64,000 bases of DNA from a virus. The position numbers were made by a program, and so were the translations under genes. The notes beneath the pieces were generated by a model. That model did not search any database. It saw nothing but the letters and a program-made list of their open reading frames with translations, and was not told the DNA's origin. This document shows positions 58,687 through 64,000 of the stretch, piece after piece; position 1 is the first letter of the stretch; each line of letters begins with the position of its first letter. The DNA lies in IMG/VR virus record IMGVR_UViG_3300033141_003544, positions 1 to 64,000 of that record. The stretch is one strand, 5' to 3'.

Positions 58687-59202
58687 CTATTTCACTCCTA
58701 TTTTGTCAATAATCCCATAAGTTATTGCTTCTTCTGCAGACATATATTTCGTATTTTTCATGTCTTTTTTTACTTTTCTTCTGGTATAATTTGAATGTTT
58801 AATAATAGCATTTGTTATAAATTCATCTTGTATTATTGTGTCTTTTATATGTCTTTGGACTACTCCGATATCACCACTCGTTTCGGCCCAAACGGAATGT
58901 ATCATTATCCTGGAATTTGGAGTAGCATACCTCTCTCCTTGAGTTCCTCCTGCCAACAATACTGTTGCCATACTCCAAGTATAACCTATACAAATAGTTC
59001 TTATTTTTACAGTTGATTCTTGCATTACATCATAGATACTTATTCCAGCTGGGACGGAACCTCCTGATGAACTGATAAATAAAGTAATAGGTTCATCAGA
59101 TTGATCTTGGAGATACAATATCTTCTCAATAATGTCTACAGACACTATTGGATTTATTTCTCATACTAAAAAAAGCCTTCGTGGGTTTAAAGAACTTAAC
59201 AT
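58687..59202 (-). CDS. clpP: ClpP-like protease, interrupted by in-frame TGA at codon 14
   Basis: GGAG SD + ATG 59202, RRLFLV*EIN, ISSSGGSV, IYDVM, SM, RIMIH, YMSAEEA..YGIID. Confidence 0.8.
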
Positions 59203-59214
59203 GTATCTCCCTAT

Positions 59215-59787
59215 TTAATATTTTGATCTTTGTCTAAACTCGTTAATTATGCTTTTTCTTATATACAGATTATAAATATCGTCTGCTGTTAAATCTAATC
59301 TTAGACATAGGTCTAAAAAAGCAACTAATACTTTATTCAAGCATAAATAGAATTTGTTTTTGTCTGTAAGTATTTGAGATTGTTTCCACGGTTTATTTTT
59401 TAATACGTTTCCCACTAAACCTAATCTGTAATGGATTTCATGATAGTACTCTTTCACATCTCTCCGATCTCCTATAAAAGGATGTCTTGTATTAAAATAT
59501 TCCTCTAAACTTGGAATTTTCTTTTTATCTATTTCAGTTCCAGTTAGTTTAAATATTTCTACTATAAAATGGAGAGCATCACTTAACTCTTCTAAGTAGT
59601 GAAGTGGATCTTTGTGTATTATTCTAGCTTCCCAACTTTCAGACAATTCTTCCGCAACTCTCCAGAGAAAATCTTTGATAATAGTTTGATTTTCTTTTAT
59701 ATCTATATCGAAAGGCCAGTCAGGTAACCCTTCAATAGTTTTGTATTCCTTCATTAGTTCTTCCTGCCTTTGGAATATAAGTTCCAA
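59215..59787 (-). CDS. dimeric (all-alpha) dUTPase/dNTP pyrophosphatase; true start probably further upstream
   Basis: EELSE, EELSDALHF, KNKPWK, YIRKS.IN..RQRSKY. Confidence 0.85.
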   Translation of the reverse strand: MELIFQRQEELMKEYKTIEGLPDWPFDIDIKENQTIIKDFLWRVAEELSESWEARIIHKDPLHYLEELSDALHFIVEIFKLTGTEIDKKKIPSLEEYFNTRHPFIGDRRDVKEYYHEIHYRLGLVGNVLKNKPWKQSQILTDKNKFYLCLNKVLVAFLDLCLRLDLTADDIYNLYIRKSIINEFRQRSKY

Positions 59788-59859
59788 TCTATTGTTTTTC
59801 TTTGGGGCAGGAATTTCATTTTTATTAACGTCTTTTATATTGATAATAACCTCCTATCT

Positions 59860-60366
59860 TTATTGTAGATTTCCTTTTTTAAATTCTTTTAATATTTTAG
59901 GACTTAAAGGTAATCCCCATTTTTTGCGCAAAATAATAATAGACATTGTAGCATAGTTTATCATGTCAATAAAAGCGTCTTCTACTCCTTCAAAATATAG
60001 TCTTGCTAAATCCACTGTTTTTATTACTTTTCCACTTGATTTCTCTATCATTTCAATTTCGGAGTTTATTTGTACATTATTGCTATAAAAATCTACCTCA
60101 CTTTCATCATACAATTCACCTTCAAGAAATTTTTCAATCCTTGAGATTTTCATTTTAATTTTTTCCATAACTTTCCCTACAGCAGCTTTTTGGTCTAAAT
60201 CCCCATAACTTCTCTTTCCATAACTGATATGTTTAGGAATCATAACCCTAAAAGCTTCTTTTAGTATATCTTTAAATATATCATCATAATACTCTGATCT
60301 TTCAACTCTACAGTCCTTTTTCATTTTCTCTATCTCTTCTTTAGAAAAATCTAGTTCGTTATCCAT
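59860..60366 (-). CDS. DUF1599 / nucleotide-modification-associated domain protein
   Basis: KH.SYG, KISRI, EGVEDAFIDMINYA. Confidence 0.7.
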   Translation of the reverse strand: MDNELDFSKEEIEKMKKDCRVERSEYYDDIFKDILKEAFRVMIPKHISYGKRSYGDLDQKAAVGKVMEKIKMKISRIEKFLEGELYDESEVDFYSNNVQINSEIEMIEKSSGKVIKTVDLARLYFEGVEDAFIDMINYATMSIIILRKKWGLPLSPKILKEFKKGNLQ

Positions 60367-60405
60367 CTTATACCTCCTACAAATAGTTTTAATATCTAAA
60401 TAATT

Positions 60406-60840
60406 TTAAATACCTTCTATCCATTCTAAAGTTCTATCATCATTCATTTTTACTTTACCCTCTGCTTTTAGCAGATCTACTACTTTATTTACTCTTCTTC
60501 TAGCCTTAACTTTATTAATTTCATTTTTGTTAAAAACTTCGTGAACTTCATTGACTATTTCAGTTTTTTGGTAACCTCCTTCTTTTATTAGTAATTCAAT
60601 AAAACCTCTCCTATTCATTTTTGGGTCTAATTCTCTCGGTTTTGACCTTGTAATAATAGCAGGTTCATCTTTCTTAGATACATAGTGGTCCCATGCAAGA
60701 TCTACAAGCTGATCTTTTGTAACATTAGAGGGGATATCAATATCCAATTCCTCTTTTATTATTGATCTTGCATTTTCAATACTTAATTCCTCATCTAATA
60801 TTAGATGAGCTAAGTCTTGTTTTGTTATTTCAGTTGACAT
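60406..60840 (-). CDS. hypothetical protein, possible winged-helix C-terminus
   Basis: 144 aa, GAGG SD. Confidence 0.55.
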   Translation of the reverse strand: MSTEITKQDLAHLILDEELSIENARSIIKEELDIDIPSNVTKDQLVDLAWDHYVSKKDEPAIITRSKPRELDPKMNRRGFIELLIKEGGYQKTEIVNEVHEVFNKNEINKVKARRRVNKVVDLLKAEGKVKMNDDRTLEWIEGI

Positions 60841-60862
60841 TGTTTTCCTCTTCTGTTTTTAT

Positions 60863-61645
60863 TTATTTAGACGGATATAAAGGCTTTATTGCCTTTTTTA
60901 ATTCACGCTTTGTTAATTTCCGCAATACCTTGAATTTCTTAACCCGAAATTTACCATCTGATAATATTGGAATAGCCACAATGTCTTTTGCCGTAAACTC
61001 AACTTCAATATACATCCGATTTTCTATATCCAAATTAGAATTTTGTAAACACCGTTCAAGTGTGGCAACATTTAATCCTTTCCCACAGTTTTCTCGTTCA
61101 TCTGCATTACAATCTAGTTCTCTATATATTTTGCCAATCTCATAACGCTTGTTTTGATATAGAGAGATGCCACATTTATTCAAACATTTGTATGCAATTA
61201 ATTTGCCTGGCTGAGATTTGAGAATATTAAGTGGAGAACGAATATGAAAAGGAATATTTTTTGCGCCAGTAAGGTCTGCATACCTAAGATCTGCGTCATT
61301 GAAATCTACGTCACTAAAATTTGCACCCCTAAAGTTTGCACCTCTAAGATTTGTATAACTAAGATCTGTTTTATTAAAGTTTGTTTCATTAAGTTTTGCA
61401 TAATTAAGATTTGCAACACTAAGATTTGCATAGCTAAGGTCTGTTTTATTAAGATTTGCATAACTAAGATTTGCATAACTAAGGTTTGCGCCACTAAGGT
61501 CTGCGTTACTAAGGTCTGCGTTACTAAGGTTTAATTTCTCACAAGAATAACCATCATACCCACTTACGCTTTCTTTATTTGCAACACGCTCCAGAAATTC
61601 TTTTTTGGTTAGCTTTTTTATTTTAGTTGGCTGTTTTTTTGCCAT
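60863..61645 (-). CDS. pentapeptide-repeat protein
   Basis: Consecutive A(D/N)Lxx repeats, then YK...CGKGLNVA...GKFRV domain. Confidence 0.9.
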   Translation of the reverse strand: MAKKQPTKIKKLTKKEFLERVANKESVSGYDGYSCEKLNLSNADLSNADLSGANLSYANLSYANLNKTDLSYANLSVANLNYAKLNETNFNKTDLSYTNLRGANFRGANFSDVDFNDADLRYADLTGAKNIPFHIRSPLNILKSQPGKLIAYKCLNKCGISLYQNKRYEIGKIYRELDCNADERENCGKGLNVATLERCLQNSNLDIENRMYIEVEFTAKDIVAIPILSDGKFRVKKFKVLRKLTKRELKKAIKPLYPSK

Positions 61646-61660
61646 TATATTCCCTTGTCT

Positions 61661-61771
61661 TCAATAACCTAAATATGGTCTAAGTATGCAAAAATATACA
61701 AATCCAAATAGTAACAGACATATTATTAATCCATACCAGAATTCATGTAGTTCACGTTTTAGACGGCTCAT
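61661..61771 (-). CDS. 36-aa putative single-TM protein (not in ORF track)
   Basis: GGAG SD; MSRLKRELHEFWYGLIICLLLFGFVYFCILRPYLGY. Confidence 0.5.
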   Translation of the reverse strand: MSRLKRELHEFWYGLIICLLLFGFVYFCILRPYLGY

Positions 61772-62057
61772 TTATCTCCCCAAAACAGTTTAATACACCG
61801 TTTGCAGTTTACTTTGGCAATAGTGAATTTCCAATCATGGCTTAATGACCTATACCATCCACCAAGAGCATTATAATATGTAGAAGTTCCAAAAAGAAAA
61901 CCACATCTCGTGTAAATAAAATCACGGTTTTTTGTCATATTCCTGTGTTTAAAATAATGCACCTTACCACCTATTTTACGCACGTTGTTGCGGCTCATGG
62001 TTTCTCCTTATACCATTTCACATATTATTCACGTAGTTCACGTTTTAGACGGGTCAT
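61741..62057. repeat. 31-bp direct repeats (61741-61771 and 62027-62057) flanking one small gene
   Basis: ATTCA(T/C)GTAGTTCACGTTTTAGACGG(C/G)TCAT, 29/31 identical. Confidence 0.9.
61768..61998 (-). CDS. small putative Zn-binding protein
   Basis: AAGGAG SD; VH...TRCG...VNCKRC. Confidence 0.6.
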   Translation of the reverse strand: MSRNNVRKIGGKVHYFKHRNMTKNRDFIYTRCGFLFGTSTYYNALGGWYRSLSHDWKFTIAKVNCKRCIKLFWGDK

Positions 62058-62226
62058 TGGATTGCTCCTTTATTTTATTTTCAAGCCACATATCACCATG
62101 ATAATGGCAATATGGGCAATAATAAAAACCGCCCGTTGTTGGTTCAACTTCACCACCACAACGTTTGCAATATACTTTTATGGGGATATATATCATTTCC
62201 CTTGCTCCTTTCTGTTTCAAAGTCAA
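62038..62226 (-). CDS. small zinc-ribbon protein
   Basis: CKRCGG...YYCPYC. Confidence 0.6.
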   Translation of the reverse strand: MTLKQKGAREMIYIPIKVYCKRCGGEVEPTTGGFYYCPYCHYHGDMWLENKIKEQSNDPSKT

Positions 62227-62375
62227 GTTCGCTCATAGCATTACCAACCCATCAGGCAACAATTTCCCGTCCTGCCACACAAAAGAAAATTCAATACCAT
62301 CGCATGTTGCAATTCCGACACAAGACGGGAATAATCCTGTTCTTTTGAGTCCAATAACCACATCTTTTACCATAC

Positions 62376-62519
62376 TTATCTCTTTTTTCTCATTTTGTCT
62401 TTTCTATATGTCTTTACAACAGTATTTAAATCTAGTTTAGTTCCACATTTTATACATAAATCCTTCATCGGTGGATAGATTAAATTGTGAGCTCCACAAT
62501 GTGGACATATAATAACCAT
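62376..62519 (-). CDS. 47-aa zinc-ribbon protein (not in ORF track)
   Basis: AAGGA SD; MVIICPHCGAHN...CIKCGTKL. Confidence 0.6.
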   Translation of the reverse strand: MVIICPHCGAHNLIYPPMKDLCIKCGTKLDLNTVVKTYRKDKMRKKR

Positions 62520-62543
62520 TTGATTTTTCCTTTCAATTATTGT

Positions 62544-62572
62544 AATATAAGACTTTCTTATTGAATATTCAA
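62544..62572 (-). promoter_or_regulatory. sigma70-like promoter
   Basis: TTGAAT-17 nt-TATATT followed by ACAATAA. Confidence 0.55.
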
Positions 62573-62601
62573 CTTTTTAATAAAAATTTTAAAAAAATAT
62601 A

Positions 62602-62919
62602 TTAATTATAAAATTTATCTAAAACTTTTTCCACGTCTTCTGGAAATCGAGTTTTCCTCAGTTTTTGGATTTGATATACTGCTTCGTTGTATAATTCTTT
62701 CTCATGCTTTAATAAACCAGTTGTAATAAAATGTTTAATGGCTTCCATTATAAAAACAGACAAGGGCATATTAGCGTAACTCTTTCCAGTAGCAAACAAT
62801 ATACAAGCCATCATAAACTCTCTTTCATCTACTTTTGGGGAAAAAGTAATTGGTCTTCTTCTACAGTTTAACCTATCTTCTTCAAGCATTACTTTTAGTA
62901 CACGTGGTATGTTACTCAT
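62602..62919 (-). CDS. hypothetical protein, possible ribbon-helix-helix
   Basis: PITFSP..., LSVFIMEAIKHF. Confidence 0.45.
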   Translation of the reverse strand: MSNIPRVLKVMLEEDRLNCRRRPITFSPKVDEREFMMACILFATGKSYANMPLSVFIMEAIKHFITTGLLKHEKELYNEAVYQIQKLRKTRFPEDVEKVLDKFYN

Positions 62920-63340
62920 CTTTCATTTCCTCTTTAGAGTTAATTATTTTATTTTGTTTTTCAGTATCTTTTTTCCAAAACTCTGCTTTATCTAATTGTT
63001 CTTGTATAGTATTAATAAAATCCCGTACATGTGCACCGTGACGAAAAATAAACTCTTCCTCATATGTTATTTCACCTTTGAATAGTACTATAAATGCATT
63101 TTTTATACGTCTCCATATGTCAACCCAACAATTGCTGTTCCCCCAAGGAGCAGGTCCTCTTACTTTAGTAAAGAATTCTAATGAATAATAGGGTTCTTCA
63201 ATTTTTATATCTTTTCCACTCCACCCACTATAATCTACCGAAAAAATTATACTATGATTATCACTTCCACACCTACAAGTAGTTTTAAATGTGGGAATAT
63301 CTTCATCATAATAAGCCATATTTTCAATATTTGTATTCAT
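62912..63340 (-). CDS. conserved phage hypothetical protein
   Basis: CRCGSDNH, IWRRIKNAF..LF.G. Confidence 0.6.
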   Translation of the reverse strand: MNTNIENMAYYDEDIPTFKTTCRCGSDNHSIIFSVDYSGWSGKDIKIEEPYYSLEFFTKVRGPAPWGNSNCWVDIWRRIKNAFIVLFKGEITYEEEFIFRHGAHVRDFINTIQEQLDKAEFWKKDTEKQNKIINSKEEMKDE

Positions 63341-64000
63341 TTTATTCCTCCAATTTTTTTTCCCTTCAAGAAACTTTTTAAATTATTTTCTGACTGATTA
63401 TCAATTATTTCTATATCAAAATTTAATCTTTCATATTCTTTTAATCTTTTTTTGCTCCATTTCTCTAATAGACCTCCGTCTATATCATAAAAGTCATATA
63501 TTATAGCTTCTTTTTTTCCTTTACATATTGTTAATACTCTTCCTGCTATTTGGATTGTTTTTTTGTCTTTTGCTTGACCAGAAGCATTGAACACACAATC
63601 CATAGCTGGTAAATCAACTCCCTCGTTCAAAAGTGTAGATATAAGGACTGGATTTTCTTTCGAACTAAAACTATCTAATATCCTTTTTCTTTCTTCTGAA
63701 TCTTTTGTATTTCCATATAGTGTAATAGCTTCTGGTATTAATTCTTCTAATACATTTCCTTGCTCCACAATCTCTGTGCAAGCAATTAAGATAGATTGCC
63801 CCCTTTTTAAAACATTTTGTATTGTACCCCGTAATATGGAATTCCTACGGGTGTTTCTAAAGATACCTTCAACCTTTGCTTGTCTTACATTTTTATAAGC
63901 TTTCGGATGATTCAGTTTATACATATACACTTTACCTTGAACAAGATAACCATCTTTAGTTAAATCTTCGACTGAAACAAAATCTATAACTCTTCCTGTA
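63337..64000 (-). CDS. superfamily 2 helicase (UvsW-like), C-terminal part; start beyond window
   Basis: Frame open to window end; RN..L, STLLNEGVDLP, QIAGRVL, IYDFYD. Confidence 0.85.
   Translation of the reverse strand, partial: TGRVIDFVSVEDLTKDGYLVQGKVYMYKLNHPKAYKNVRQAKVEGIFRNTRRNSILRGTIQNVLKRGQSILIACTEIVEQGNVLEELIPEAITLYGNTKDSEERKRILDSFSSKENPVLISTLLNEGVDLPAMDCVFNASGQAKDKKTIQIAGRVLTICKGKKEAIIYDFYDIDGGLLEKWSKKRLKEYERLNFDIEIIDNQSENNLKSFLKGKKIGGIK

Noticed and set aside
59161-59163. Genome-wide TGA reassignment (code 4/25)
   Set aside because: TGA ends many genes at 4-nt start/stop overlaps (e.g. 10250-10253, 24641-24644, 30102-30105, 39802-39805, 49234-49237) and long ORFs are intact in code 11.
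40908-62057. CRISPR array from short repeats (40908-40956; 61741/62027)
   Set aside because: Only two copies each, no repeat-spacer periodicity, no cas genes.
398-63898. Antisense or alternate-frame ORFs in the track (e.g. 398-634, 11175-11525, 33493-34077, 61244-61534, 63587-63898)
   Set aside because: Shadows of longer motif-bearing genes, without SD or recognisable domains.
1-64000. tRNA/rRNA genes, integrase, sheath, capsid or terminase genes
   Set aside because: None recognisable by eye in this window; a tRNAscan/HMM run would be needed to exclude them formally.

Overview
AT-rich segment of a large tailed dsDNA phage genome (genetic code 11, Shine-Dalgarno sites, sigma70-like promoters). 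+ strand 1-21368 is a non-contractile tail/virion module: Asp-box and FN3-type proteins, connector, tandem-duplicated terminator, tail tube, tail chaperone with a clear -1 frameshift, tape measure, two paralogous distal-tail proteins and a large hub protein. Three + strand enzymes follow. The - strand (23811-64000) carries a sugar-nucleotide/glycosyltransferase cluster, recombination and replication genes (SbcCD, resolvase, RecA, SSB, 5'-3' exonuclease, UDG-fused intein-containing PolA, primase, helicase), and a nucleotide-modification region with three thymidylate-synthase-fold paralogues, a C5 methyltransferase, Ugd, a triple-domain glycosyltransferase, dimeric dUTPase and DUF1599. Most notable: (1) two free-standing homing endonucleases, each located at a catalytic motif of its neighbour gene and flanked by duplicated halves of that gene (3' end of sbcC; 5' end of dCMP deaminase); (2) a candidate cytosine-directed DNA glyco-hypermodification pathway with an amino-sugar branch. 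All calls come from motif reading by eye; no database searches were run.
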